64,000 nt of DNA from Aminobacteriaceae bacterium (GTDB taxonomy: Bacteria; Synergistota; Synergistia; Synergistales; Aminobacteriaceae), in assembly GCA_963668335.2 (NCBI GenBank), contig CAXXRY010000032.1:32442-96441 (forward strand), in the 5' to 3' direction. The position numbers and the translations under genes were made by a program. Positions 48,752-59,056 of this stretch are shown one piece after another. Each line of letters starts with the position of its first letter. Position 1 is the stretch's first letter. The notes below the pieces were generated by a model. The model saw only the letters and a program-made list of their open reading frames with translations, was not told where the DNA came from and did no database searches.

Positions 48752-50833
48752 ATGGGAACCCGTCAGCCTGAGAACACTCGCAGTTTCGCAATCGCGGCCC
48801 ATGGAGGCGCAGGAAAGACCAGTCTCGTTGAGGCCATGCTTTTCGATAGCGGCAGTACGACCAGACTGGGTAAGGTCGAAGACGGAAACACCGTCAGCGA
48901 TTTCAGTCAGGAGGAACAAAAGCGGCAGATCTCGATCAACACATCTTTGATCACAATGGAGAGGAATGGGAAAACCCTCTTCGTCCTGGATACTCCGGGA
49001 TTTGCCGATTTCGTAGGAGAGATGCGCTCGGCAGTTCGCGTCGCCGACGCCCTTGTCATCGCTGTGAGCGGAACGAGTGGCATCGAAGTCCAGACGGACA
49101 AGGCCTGGGAGACGGGAGAAGAATTCGGACTTCCCGTCGCATTCTACATCTCCAAGCTCGACCGTGAGAATGCCGATTTCGGCAAGGTGCTCTCCGATAT
49201 CAAAGCGGTGTACAGCGAGAAAGCCGTTCCCGTCTTCCTTCCTATAGGAAGCGAGTCGTCCTTCAAGGGCGTAGTCGACGTTCTCCACGGCAAAGCGTAT
49301 ATATATGAACCCAACGGGAGCGGAAAGTTTTCCGAGGGTGATGTGCCCGCCGATATGGCTGACGACGTTGCTTCGGCCAGAGAATCACTGGTAGAGGCCG
49401 TTGTGGAAGCTGACGACGACGTGATGATGCGGTATCTTGACGGAGAGACGATCTCCGATGATGAACTGCTCCCCGTTCTTCGGAAGGCGATTGCAACGCG
49501 TCTTCTTCTCCCTGTTTTCCCCGGATCTTCCACGCAGAATGTGGGCGTGCACCAGATACTCGACTTCATCGTCGACTTTTTCCCGTCGCCGCTGGAAGCC
49601 CGTTCGCGCCCGGCGAAGAAGGGCGACAACGATATAGAGGTTGCTCCGGATCCGTCCGCCACTTTCTCCGCTATCTGCTTCAAAGTCATGGTGGACCCAT
49701 ACGTAGGCAAGCTCTCTTTCATCCGTGTCAACTCCGGAACCCTCACTTCCGATAACAATATCTTCAACGTGAACAAAGGAGATGACGAACGCATCAGCTC
49801 CTTCAAGTTTATGACGGGTAAGGAAGGCAAGGATGTTAAAGAGATTACTGTCGGCGATATTCTCGCCCTCCCGAAGCTTCAGAGCGTCCAGGCGGGCGAT
49901 ACGCTCGGCATGAAAGGCTCGACGGTGTTGTATCCTCCCATCGACTTTCCCAAGCCTGTCTACAGCGTCGCGATCACGGCAAAGAGCCGCGCCGACGAGG
50001 ACAAGCTCGGCAACGCGATTACCAAGACGCTGGAAGAAGATCCCAGCCTCAGCTTCGAGAAGAATGCGGAGACGAACGACAGCGTGCTCTCGGGTATGGG
50101 CGATATGCATATCGATATCGTCCTCTCGAAGATGAAAGAGCGCTACGGCGTTGACCTCGATACCAAGACGCCCCAGGTACCCTACCGGGAGACCATCCGC
50201 AAAACTGCAGAGGCGCAGGGAAAACACAAGAAACAGACCGGCGGTCACGGCCAATACGGAGACGCACATATCCGCTACACGCCGCTTGAGAGGGGCGCCG
50301 GATTCGTGTTCGAGGACAATATTGTCGGCGGCGCCATCCCGAAGGGATTTATCCCTGCGGTTGAAAAAGGTCTCCGTGAATCCATGGTCAAGGGACCGCT
50401 TGCCGGATTCCCCGTGGTCGACTTCAAGGCGACGCTCTTCTTCGGCTCCTATCACGACGTCGACAGCTCCGAAATGGCGTTCAAACTCGCTGCCCGTCTC
50501 TCCTTCAAGAAAGGTATCCTTGATGCGGGCCCCATTCTTCTCGAGCCGATCATGAATATCGAAGTCACCGTGCCGGAAGACTACCTCGGCGACGTTATGG
50601 GCGACTTCAACAGCCGGAGAGGACGTATCCTCGGTATAGACAGCAAGGGACACCAGCAGATCGTCAAGGCGCAGGCTCCTCTTGCGGAGATGTTCCGGTA
50701 TGCGATTATCCTTCGCTCCATGACGTCCGGAAGAGGCTCGTTCACCATGGAGTACGATCACTACGAAGAAGTGCCGGCCGAGATTACGAAAAAGGTCGTC
50801 GCTGCACACAAGCAGGAAGAGGAAGAAGAATAA
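48752..50833 (+). CDS. elongation factor G family protein (EF-G paralogue, outside a str operon)
   Basis: ATG 9 nt after GGAGGAGG. All five EF-G domains are recognisable (DTPGFADF, NKLDR-like SKLDR, ...GHGQYGD...). The G1 motif reads AHGGAGKTS rather than the canonical AHIDAGKTT. Confidence 0.85.
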   Translation: MGTRQPENTRSFAIAAHGGAGKTSLVEAMLFDSGSTTRLGKVEDGNTVSDFSQEEQKRQISINTSLITMERNGKTLFVLDTPGFADFVGEMRSAVRVADALVIAVSGTSGIEVQTDKAWETGEEFGLPVAFYISKLDRENADFGKVLSDIKAVYSEKAVPVFLPIGSESSFKGVVDVLHGKAYIYEPNGSGKFSEGDVPADMADDVASARESLVEAVVEADDDVMMRYLDGETISDDELLPVLRKAIATRLLLPVFPGSSTQNVGVHQILDFIVDFFPSPLEARSRPAKKGDNDIEVAPDPSATFSAICFKVMVDPYVGKLSFIRVNSGTLTSDNNIFNVNKGDDERISSFKFMTGKEGKDVKEITVGDILALPKLQSVQAGDTLGMKGSTVLYPPIDFPKPVYSVAITAKSRADEDKLGNAITKTLEEDPSLSFEKNAETNDSVLSGMGDMHIDIVLSKMKERYGVDLDTKTPQVPYRETIRKTAEAQGKHKKQTGGHGQYGDAHIRYTPLERGAGFVFEDNIVGGAIPKGFIPAVEKGLRESMVKGPLAGFPVVDFKATLFFGSYHDVDSSEMAFKLAARLSFKKGILDAGPILLEPIMNIEVTVPEDYLGDVMGDFNSRRGRILGIDSKGHQQIVKAQAPLAEMFRYAIILRSMTSGRGSFTMEYDHYEEVPAEITKKVVAAHKQEEEEE

Positions 50834-50860
50834 CCTTTTTTCTCAAACATCAGTTCTCCC

Positions 50861-50887
50861 GAGAGCCCCGCGTAAAGCGGGGCTCTC
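50861..50887 (+). terminator. terminator hairpin after the EF-G paralogue
   Basis: GAGAGCCCCGC - gtaaa - GCGGGGCTCTC. The T-tract after it is weak. Confidence 0.55.
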
Positions 50888-50922
50888 TTGTAATAAGTAC
50901 GTTTCCGAGGAGGTTGAAGACA

Positions 50923-52500
50923 ATGAAAACAAGAGTGCTCGTCGTCGGTTCGGGAGGAGCTGGTCTGACTGCTGCTATCTCCGCCCGCAAGACCGGGGCG
51001 GAGGTCGTCCTTCTCTCCAAGACGGGGTGCGTAGAAGCCAGTTGCACGGCCTATTCCGGCGGACTCTTCTCCCTCTCGTCCGGGACGGTCTCACCAGACG
51101 ATCACTACCGTCGCATTATGGAAACGGGGCGGTACGTCAGTGACCCCTCGTTGGTTCGGACACTCGCCGATCACTCCGAGGCCACGCTCAGGACACTTTC
51201 CGAATGGGGGGTCTCCTTTCGAATAAATACCTCCGGTCATGCGACTGTACGAAAGACCGCCCCTTCGCGAATCATGGGAGGCGGAGGGATGACCCGTGAG
51301 CTTGCCGCCATAGCGAGACGCGAAGGAATCGTCATCCTGGAGAATCATATAGCTTCACGCCTGTTGGTTGGTACGCATGGCGTCGAGGGAGTAGAGGCAG
51401 TTGACTGGAAGAAGGGGAAGGCATTCTCTTTCGGCGCTTCCGCTGTGATTCTGGCGACCGGAGGAGGCGGGGCGATCTACGAACGGACGGACAATCCTCT
51501 ACGGATGACAGGGGACGGATACGCGCTCGCACTTGATGCAGGTCTTGAACTTGTGGATATGGAGTTCGTTCAGTTCTACCCGATGGGTTGGGATCAGAAT
51601 GGATACCCCGTCTGGATGGTCGGTCTGGGCCTGCTTGACTACATTCCGGTGACGGATGAGAACGGAAGGGAGTTTCTCAGAGAGGCCTTCCCTTTATGGG
51701 GCGTCTCCACCGGAAAAGAAGCGAACCTCTTTGCCCGCGACCGTGCTGCGCTCTTGCTTGCGGGACATGCCGTCAAAGGGGGAAGGACGCTGCTTCATCT
51801 TGAGAAGCTCAGGGAAGAAGACCTTTCTCTCCCCGATGTCCGGGCCTCGCTATTGTTCGACCTTCCGCCGGAGAAACGTTCCGCGCCCGTACAGGTCAGT
51901 CCCGTACAGCACTATTTTACGGGAGGCGTACCGATGGATTCCGAAGGGAGAACCTCGCTTCCCGGGCTTTTCGTCTGCGGGGAGGTTTCTGGAGGTGTTG
52001 ACGGAGCAAGTCGCATGGGAGGAAACGCCTTGACGAATATTCTCGTCTTCGGCCTCCGGGCGGGAAAAACTGCCGTTGAAGAGGCTCTCGTGCCTTCCGC
52101 GGTTCCCGACGCCGTATGCAGATTGCCGGAATGTTTGCTTCAATCGGAGCGGGAATGCGTTTCTCCGGCGGAAGTGCGCCGCGAACTCCGCTGCATAGTC
52201 CAAAAAGGGCTTTCTCCATGGCGAAATGCGGAAGGGATCGAGCGATGTATCTCGAAGATTGAAGGCCTGAATGCTTCAAGAAGAGCGCTGAATATCGCGT
52301 CTTCTCTCGATCTTCTGCACGCAATGGAATTACACGGCCTCCATCGTACTGCGGAGGCGGTAGGAAGGGCGGCCTTTGCCCGGCAGGAGAGCCGCGGCGT
52401 CCATTTCCGGGAGGACTACCCGAACGAGCGCGAGGAGTGGAAACGGCGTATCAGGATACTTTTGGAGGAAGGCAAGGTAACAGCCAGAGTCGGGGAGTGA
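50923..52500 (+). CDS. FAD-dependent oxidoreductase of the fumarate reductase / succinate dehydrogenase flavoprotein / L-aspartate oxidase superfamily
   Basis: N-terminal dinucleotide fold (VLVVGSGGAGLTAAISA), GLFVCGEVSGGVDGASRMGGNAL and a C-terminal helical domain (ESRGVHFREDYP). No Fe-S partner subunit lies nearby. Confidence 0.75.
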   Translation: MKTRVLVVGSGGAGLTAAISARKTGAEVVLLSKTGCVEASCTAYSGGLFSLSSGTVSPDDHYRRIMETGRYVSDPSLVRTLADHSEATLRTLSEWGVSFRINTSGHATVRKTAPSRIMGGGGMTRELAAIARREGIVILENHIASRLLVGTHGVEGVEAVDWKKGKAFSFGASAVILATGGGGAIYERTDNPLRMTGDGYALALDAGLELVDMEFVQFYPMGWDQNGYPVWMVGLGLLDYIPVTDENGREFLREAFPLWGVSTGKEANLFARDRAALLLAGHAVKGGRTLLHLEKLREEDLSLPDVRASLLFDLPPEKRSAPVQVSPVQHYFTGGVPMDSEGRTSLPGLFVCGEVSGGVDGASRMGGNALTNILVFGLRAGKTAVEEALVPSAVPDAVCRLPECLLQSERECVSPAEVRRELRCIVQKGLSPWRNAEGIERCISKIEGLNASRRALNIASSLDLLHAMELHGLHRTAEAVGRAAFARQESRGVHFREDYPNEREEWKRRIRILLEEGKVTARVGE

Positions 52501-52520
52501 ACTCCGGAGTATGAACGGAA

Positions 52521-52554
52521 AAACCCCGCCTCTACTGAAGATGAGGCGGGGTTT
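52521..52554. terminator. bidirectional terminator between convergent genes
   Basis: AAACCCCGCCTC - tactgaagat - GAGGCGGGGTTT. Confidence 0.7.
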
Positions 52555-52577
52555 CTATAAAAAAGTTTCCTAAAAGG

Positions 52578-53756
52578 TTAGAATTTGTCCTGCGGAGCCC
52601 ACATCTCAAGGAAGTTGAACAGTTGATTCTTCCAGAGCATCATCGCGGCAGGCTTGTTCAGCGGGTTGTGGGTCGCCTTATCGACGGTGAGGGTAAAATG
52701 GACGAGCCGAAGATTCTGCGTATTCTCCATCGCGTCCCGGATTGCTTTCGGGTCAGCCGTGCCGGCGCGTCTGATTGCGTCTGCAACCCATGTGACCAGA
52801 TCGTATGCGTACGCAACATTCCCTGGTTCGGCTGCCGGGGCGCCGTACTCCTTCTCGTAACGGGAGAGAAGATAGAGCATCTGCGGATTGCCAAGGTCCA
52901 TACTGTAGACCCAGTAGCTCCCCTCCATCGCGTCGCCGGCGATCTCGTGCATACTTGGGCTGAAGCCGTCGCCTCCTATAAAAATCGGCTTCCAGTCGAG
53001 TTCCGCCGCTTGCTTCATAATCAGGCCCATCTCTTTGTAGAGAATGGGGAGCGCGACCGCTTCGACGCCGGTTGCTTTCATCTCAGTCAGTTGGGCGCGG
53101 AAGTCGACGTCGCCGCCGCGGAAACCCCAAACACCCTTCATTTCGCAGCCGAGTTCTTCAACGCGTGCGAGGAAAAACTCCTTGAGTCCTTCGGAGTAAT
53201 CGCTTCCGATGTCGGTGATAACAGCCGTGCTCTTGACGCCGAGCTTGTTGACGAGGTAGTCGGCCATGACCTTTCCCTGATAGGGGTCGGTGTAGCAGAG
53301 TCGGAACATGTAAGGCCGCACTGTATTTGTCTTCGGATCAACGGTGACTGCGGGGTTGGTGCTCGCGGTACCTATCTGCGGGACTTCGCCGCTGTTCACA
53401 ACAGAGGCTATGGCGATATTGAGACCGCTGTAGTTCGTCCCGCCGATCGCAACAACTTTGTCCTCGTGGATAAGACGGCGGGCCGCCTGGATAGCGTCCT
53501 CCTGACGTCCGCGGACGTCGTAATAGACCAGTTCGAGCGGCCGTCCAAGAACGCCGCCCGCCTCGTTCAGTTCTTTAATCGCGAGCAGCGCGCCGTCCCG
53601 TTCATGCTGGCCCCATGTAGCTCCGTCGCCGGTGAGCGTCGCCAGATACCCTATCTTGATCGGATCTCCCGATGGGGTTGCCGCAGAGGAAGCGGCAGCG
53701 AAGAGCAAAAGCAGCGCGAAGATGAAGCAAAAAATGCCACTGTGCATTCTCCTCAT
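52578..53756 (-). CDS. ABC transporter substrate-binding protein, branched-chain amino acid (LivJ/LivK-like) family; no adjacent permease or ATPase genes
   Basis: Signal peptide (IFCFIFALLLLFAAASSAA), then IKIGYLATLTGDGATWG...GGTNYSG, typical of a type I periplasmic binding fold. Confidence 0.8.
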   Translation of the reverse strand: MRRMHSGIFCFIFALLLLFAAASSAATPSGDPIKIGYLATLTGDGATWGQHERDGALLAIKELNEAGGVLGRPLELVYYDVRGRQEDAIQAARRLIHEDKVVAIGGTNYSGLNIAIASVVNSGEVPQIGTASTNPAVTVDPKTNTVRPYMFRLCYTDPYQGKVMADYLVNKLGVKSTAVITDIGSDYSEGLKEFFLARVEELGCEMKGVWGFRGGDVDFRAQLTEMKATGVEAVALPILYKEMGLIMKQAAELDWKPIFIGGDGFSPSMHEIAGDAMEGSYWVYSMDLGNPQMLYLLSRYEKEYGAPAAEPGNVAYAYDLVTWVADAIRRAGTADPKAIRDAMENTQNLRLVHFTLTVDKATHNPLNKPAAMMLWKNQLFNFLEMWAPQDKF

Positions 53757-53850
53757 GAATTTCTCAACCTCCCTGATATGATCTAAAAAAATATTTGGTT
53801 AATTCTAAAGGTGGATGCTCTAAATGTCAATACGGCTTATAAAAAGAAAC

Positions 53851-53884
53851 AAAAATTCACAGGGCGGAGAGGCCCTGTGAATTT
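53851..53884 (-). terminator. rho-independent terminator of the NuoE/F/G-like operon
   Basis: On the minus strand, AAAATTCACAGGGC - ctctcc - GCCCTGTGAATTTT is followed by TGTTTCTTTTT. Confidence 0.8.
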
Positions 53885-53916
53885 TGATGATGCTCGTCAA
53901 TCTTTGTTTTTCCGGA

Positions 53917-56900
53917 TCAGCGGGCAACCGGATTTGCGTGGATCTTCCCTTCGTGGGGAAGTGCGGCCTCCGCAAGAAGTGCGCAGAGGCGCTTTCCTGT
54001 TTTTTCAGTAAGAGGACCTCTGCGGACCGCGAGCGTGCGTCCTTCGAGGTTCGTGATGCTTCCTTCCATCTCTATCCATGGGAGAAGCGGCAGGAGAACG
54101 TCGGCCTTCTCGGAGAACGGAGAGGATGCGGATGATAGGACGGCAAATTTCTTCCCTTCCAGGTCGTTGGCGGCAAAACCGGCTTCTTCCGGGGTCGTCC
54201 CGACGAAGAGAAGAGTACGCGCTCTCTCCTGAGCCGTGCGAAGAGCTGATGCAGGGAGTAGTCCGGGCATTGAAGAAAGCAGAGCAACGCTTCCCGCTCC
54301 TTTGAAGAGCAGGAGGTAGCGTCCTCCTGCGAGCGACGCTGCGGCGTCGAAGACCTCTTTTGCAGGCGCATCCGCGCCGATGAGGGTCAGTGGGTGTTTT
54401 GCGGCGGCGAGAAGAGCGGCCGCCTTTTCAATGTCTTCCGGAAGAACCCCCGGTACCGGAAAGAAGCTCGGCCGAAGCGACCTTTTCCTTGGCTGCAATG
54501 GCTCTGACCGCGGAAGCGAGCGCTGCGAGGACTTGCGCGTATTTCTCGGGTTCCGGGCACAGAACGACGGCTTCGCCTTTGTCGAGGAGACCGGGCGTTT
54601 CACCGATGTAGATCACCGCAGCCTTGCGGTGACGTGCGGACCTGCGTAACCAGGATGTGAGCACAGGCTGATCCTCGTCGGTGTTCGTTGCAACAAGAAG
54701 GTATGCATCGGCCTCTCCGCAGCGTATAGTGCTCGCTGGGGAGGGACCGGTCATGGAAGCGTAGGTTGCCCTGACAATATCCTTGTGTTGTGACGCTTCA
54801 TTGAGAAGAGGAAGGAACTTAGCGTCGTTGATCGCGGAAAACTGTGCGTTCGGAGCGCGTAAAGCCGCGTACTCCTTAAGAGAACGCACTTCTTCGGTAG
54901 TGAGCGACGGGCCGAGAACAAACGCAACGTCATTGCACGGCGCAAGTGCGTCGAAGGCAGCGACGGCGTCGCTCCAAGAGGAGGAAGCCCCCTTGAGCGC
55001 AGGGTTGAAGGCGCCGTCGTCGACGACCTCTTTGAAGGCGTAGCGTCCCTTCACGCAACAGGAACCGCCTGTCGGCGCCTCTGGATTGTCGAGATCGGTG
55101 GTAACACGGACAATACGGGAACGTTTCCTGTCGAGATTCACGTCGAGTTCGCAGCCGACCGGGCAGAGCATACATGTGGTCTTGACGATCTGCGGTTCTT
55201 CCAGATGCGGCCAACGTTCAACGCGTTTCTCCATAAGAGCCCCGACCGGGCAGACCTGGGTGCAGAGGCCGCAGAAAGTGCAGTCGGAGTGTTCCATGTC
55301 GTTGAAGAAGTGCGGTGTGAGTACGGACTCGAATCCGCGCTTCGCAAAGTCGATGGCGTGGAAACCTGAGATTTCGTCGCATGCGCGGACGCACTTCGCA
55401 CAGAGGACGCACTTGTCCATATTCCGCACATAGTACTGGTTGGCGTCCTCGAACTTTTCGATGTGCGCGCCCGCCAGCTTCTCGGGCTGCACTTCGTGCG
55501 TGGTCGCGAATTTGCGGAGCTTGCATTCGAAGACGTCGGGACAACCGCACTCCATGCATCGTTTTGCGTCGCGGAGGGTTTGCTCCTCGGTCAGTCCTTT
55601 GCTGTACTCCTTGAAGGGAGCGGCCAGCCGCGTTTCTCCTGATACGTGCGCCGCGTGCTCCTGGGTTGTACGTTCGACATCGGCGAAGTCCTCGGGGCCG
55701 AGGTCCGTCTGGACGATATCGTAGAAGAACGGTTTTTTTGGCGTTCCGTGCATCAGGTAGTGGTCCAGCGAATCCGCCGCCCAATGCCCATTGCCGATCG
55801 CCTCGATGGCGATCTTGGGGCCAGTCTGCTGGTCGCCGCAGACAAAAACTCCGGGAAGCGGCGTATCGTAGTCCTTGCCTACTTTCATCCTCCTGCCGTC
55901 GTGCAACTCTGCGGGCACGGTGGAAAAGTCGATTCCCTGACCGACTGCAGCGATGACGGTGTCTACTTCAATGACAAACGTCTCTCCCGTGGGGACGGGG
56001 CTCCGTCTGCCGGAAGCGTCGGGGGCGCCGAGTTGCATGCGTTCGCAGAGGATCCGTTCAACTTTACCGTTTCCTTCGATCTCTTTCGGCGCGGCGAGAT
56101 AGATGAAGTTGACTCCTTCTTCAGTGGCTTCTTCGATCTCGATGTCGTCGGCCGGCATCTCCTCGCGGGAGCGGCGGTAGAGTACGGAGACCTCTTCCGC
56201 GCCAAGCCGGCGGGCAGAGCGGCATGCGTCCATCGCGGTGTTTCCGCCGCCGACGACCGCGACTTTTCTACCGATCGTGACGGAGGGTTTTGTCTTCACA
56301 TCGTACAGGAAGTTGATGCCTCCGAGGACCCCGTCAAGATTCTCTCCCGGAACACGCATGGGAGAGGATTTCCAGCAACCCATGGCGAGGATCACACCGT
56401 CGAACTCCTTCCGGAGTGTTTCGAGGGCGATATTCTTGCCAAGCGTCATCCCTGTGCGGACTTCTACGCCGTGGGAAAGCAGCCAGTCGATTTCCGTCTG
56501 GAGAACCTGCTGCGGAAGCCGGTAGTCGGGGATTCCGTACCGCATCATACCGCCCAGGAGCATCTCCTTTTCGAAGATAACCGGGGCATACCCCTTGAGA
56601 CGGAGATAATAGGCTGCGGAAATACCGGCGGGGCCTCCGCCGACGATAGCGATTCTCTTTCCGTTTTCCTCGATCTCGGGAATGAATCCCATCTTCTCGT
56701 TTCGGATTGCCCAATCACCGACGAATCGTTTGATTTCCCGTATGGAGACAGGCGCTTCGTCGACAAAGTTCCTGCGGCATTTCTTCTCGCAGGGGGCGGG
56801 ACAGACCCTGCCGATGCACGCAGGGAGCGTGACATGGTGGTGGAGCACGTCAAGGGACTCGTCGTACTTTCCCTGCGCGGCGAGATTGATATAAGCCTGA

Positions 56901-57244
56901 ACGTTGCCGTTCGCAGGGCAGGTGAGCGTGCATGGAGGACGGCAATCTCCCACGTGGTCCGAGAGGAGCAGCTCAAGGGCGGTTCGCCGTGCGCTGACGG
57001 CTCGTTCCGTTTGTGTTTTGATAACCATCCCCTGTGAGATGGTGTTCGCGCAAGCACGCAAGAGCGTTTTTGCGCCCTCGACCTCGACGAGGCAGACGGA
57101 GCAACCTCCGTGCAGGCTCAGATGCGGATCGTAGCAAAGCGTGGGAATCTCCACGCCGCACTCGGTACAAAGGTCGAGAATCCGTTGTCCCTCGTAGCCG
57201 TAGACTGTTTTTCCGTTGAGTGTGACTTTTATATTTTTCTTCAT
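53917..57244 (-). pseudogene. multidomain Fe-S flavoprotein: 2Fe-2S + GltD-like NAD(P)H/FAD module + NuoG/HydA-type Fe-S clusters + degenerate MopB-like domain (StnA/HylA-like); one frame break as sequenced
   Basis: ATG 57244 lies 12 nt after GGAGGA. The motif order is given in the findings. ORFs 54428-57268 and 53917-54603 join as ..AELLSGTGVLPEDIEKAAALL.. if one C is removed from the C5 run at 54447-54451. Confidence 0.75.
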
Positions 57245-57271
57245 GGCAGCTCGAAATCCTCCCGACAAGGC

Positions 57272-59053
57272 TTATTCCACGGAAATGGCGCCCACAGGGC
57301 AGACCTTTTTGCACTGGCCGCACCGGATGCACTTTTCATCGTCGATGACGTGGGGCTTCTTTACCTCTCCTGCGATACAGGAGACAGGACAGTTCCGGGC
57401 GCACTTTGTGCAGCCGATGCACGCGGCGGGGTCGATCACGTAGTGGATGAGACTTGTACAGACCTTCGCGGGGCACTTCTTGTCCCTGATGTGTGCTTCG
57501 TACTCCTCGCGGAAGTATTTCAGCGTGGTGAGTACGGGGTTCGGAGCCGTCTGACCGAGACCGCAGAGAGAGCCTTCCTTTACCTGATAGGCGAGGTCGA
57601 GGAGCGTATCAAGGTCTTCCATGACGCCCTTTCCCTCGGAGATGCGTTCCAGGATTTCAAGCATCCGTTTCGTGCCGATGCGGCAGAAGGGGCACTTCCC
57701 GCAGGACTCCTTCTGGACGAATGCCAGGAAGAATTTGGCGACGTCGACGATGCATGTGGTCTCGTCCATAACCACCATTCCGCCGGAGCCCATGATAGCG
57801 CCCGTGGCATTGATGGATTCATAGTCTACCGGAGTGTCGAGCAGCGATTCGGGGATGCAGCCTCCCGAGGGGCCTCCGAGCTGGACTGCCTTGAACTTCT
57901 TGTTCTCCGCGATGCCCCCGGCTACGTTGAAGATGACCTCGCGCAGCGGCATCCCCATTGGAACCTCCGCGAGGCCGCCCTTTTTAATTTTGCCGGCGAG
58001 CGCGAAAACCTTTGTTCCTCGGCTCTTGCCGATTCCGTATTCGGAGAACTTCGCCGCGCCGTTCAAGATGATCCAGGGAATATTCGCGATGGTCTCCACG
58101 TTGTTGATATTCGTCGGTTTGCCGAAAACGCCGCTGTTCGCAGGGAACGGAGGTCGCGGCCGCGGCATTCCGCGCCGTCCCTCGATAGAGGCGATCATTG
58201 CCGTTTCTTCACCGCAGACGAACGCGCCCGCGCCTTCTTTTATGTGTATGTCGAAAGAAAAATTCGACCCGAGAATGTTCTTCCCGAGGTATCCCTTTGC
58301 GCGCGCCTGTTCGAGCGCGACATTCAGGTGCTTGATGGCGAGCGGATACTCCGCTCTGCAGTAGATGATGCCCTCGTCCGAGCCGATGGAGTAGCCGCCG
58401 ATGGTCATACCCTCGATAATGCTGTGCGGGTCGCTTTCCAGTACGGAGCGGTCCATGAACGCGCCGGGATCGCCCTCGTCGGCGTTGCAGACGAAGTACT
58501 TTTTGTCGCTCTTTGCGCCGCGTGCGAATTTCCACTTCAGTCCCGTGGGGAATCCCGCGCCGCCGCGCCCGCGGAGGCCGCTGGCGAGTATCTCCTCAAT
58601 CACTTGCTCGGGTGTTATGGAGAGTACTTTCTTGAGAGCATTGTAGCCGTCGCGTGCGATATATTCGTCGATTATTTCCGGATCGATGAGACCGCTGTTC
58701 CTCAGGACGATACGGACCTGGCTGTCCATACGCTCGTTCTCGCATGCATTGGAGGAAGGATCGAGGATTACAGCTCTCTGGACTATCTCTCCTTTGAGGA
58801 CATGAGATTCTACGATTTCTTTTGCGATCGAGGTATCCACTTTTCCGTAGGTGATGGACTTCCCGTCGCGTTCTATCTCTACGAGAGGTTCCATGTAGCA
58901 GAGCCCGATACAGCCTACTTTTTTGATCTCGACATCGTCATGCCCCTCAAGAGACGAGACAAGCGTTTCGTAAATCGGAACGGCTCCGGCAGCTACGCCG
59001 CAGCTCGCCAGACCGACCTTCACGATGGTTTTGGTCACCTTGCACACCTCCAT
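57272..59053 (-). CDS. NuoF/HydB-like NADH-binding FMN Fe-S subunit
   Basis: N-terminal thioredoxin-like 2Fe-2S domain, GLRGRGGAGFPTGLKW, an FMN/NADH site (CNADEGDPGAF), ESCGKCPFCR and two C-terminal CxxCxxCxxxCP motifs. Confidence 0.9.
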   Translation of the reverse strand: MEVCKVTKTIVKVGLASCGVAAGAVPIYETLVSSLEGHDDVEIKKVGCIGLCYMEPLVEIERDGKSITYGKVDTSIAKEIVESHVLKGEIVQRAVILDPSSNACENERMDSQVRIVLRNSGLIDPEIIDEYIARDGYNALKKVLSITPEQVIEEILASGLRGRGGAGFPTGLKWKFARGAKSDKKYFVCNADEGDPGAFMDRSVLESDPHSIIEGMTIGGYSIGSDEGIIYCRAEYPLAIKHLNVALEQARAKGYLGKNILGSNFSFDIHIKEGAGAFVCGEETAMIASIEGRRGMPRPRPPFPANSGVFGKPTNINNVETIANIPWIILNGAAKFSEYGIGKSRGTKVFALAGKIKKGGLAEVPMGMPLREVIFNVAGGIAENKKFKAVQLGGPSGGCIPESLLDTPVDYESINATGAIMGSGGMVVMDETTCIVDVAKFFLAFVQKESCGKCPFCRIGTKRMLEILERISEGKGVMEDLDTLLDLAYQVKEGSLCGLGQTAPNPVLTTLKYFREEYEAHIRDKKCPAKVCTSLIHYVIDPAACIGCTKCARNCPVSCIAGEVKKPHVIDDEKCIRCGQCKKVCPVGAISVE

Positions 59054-59056
59054 GAG

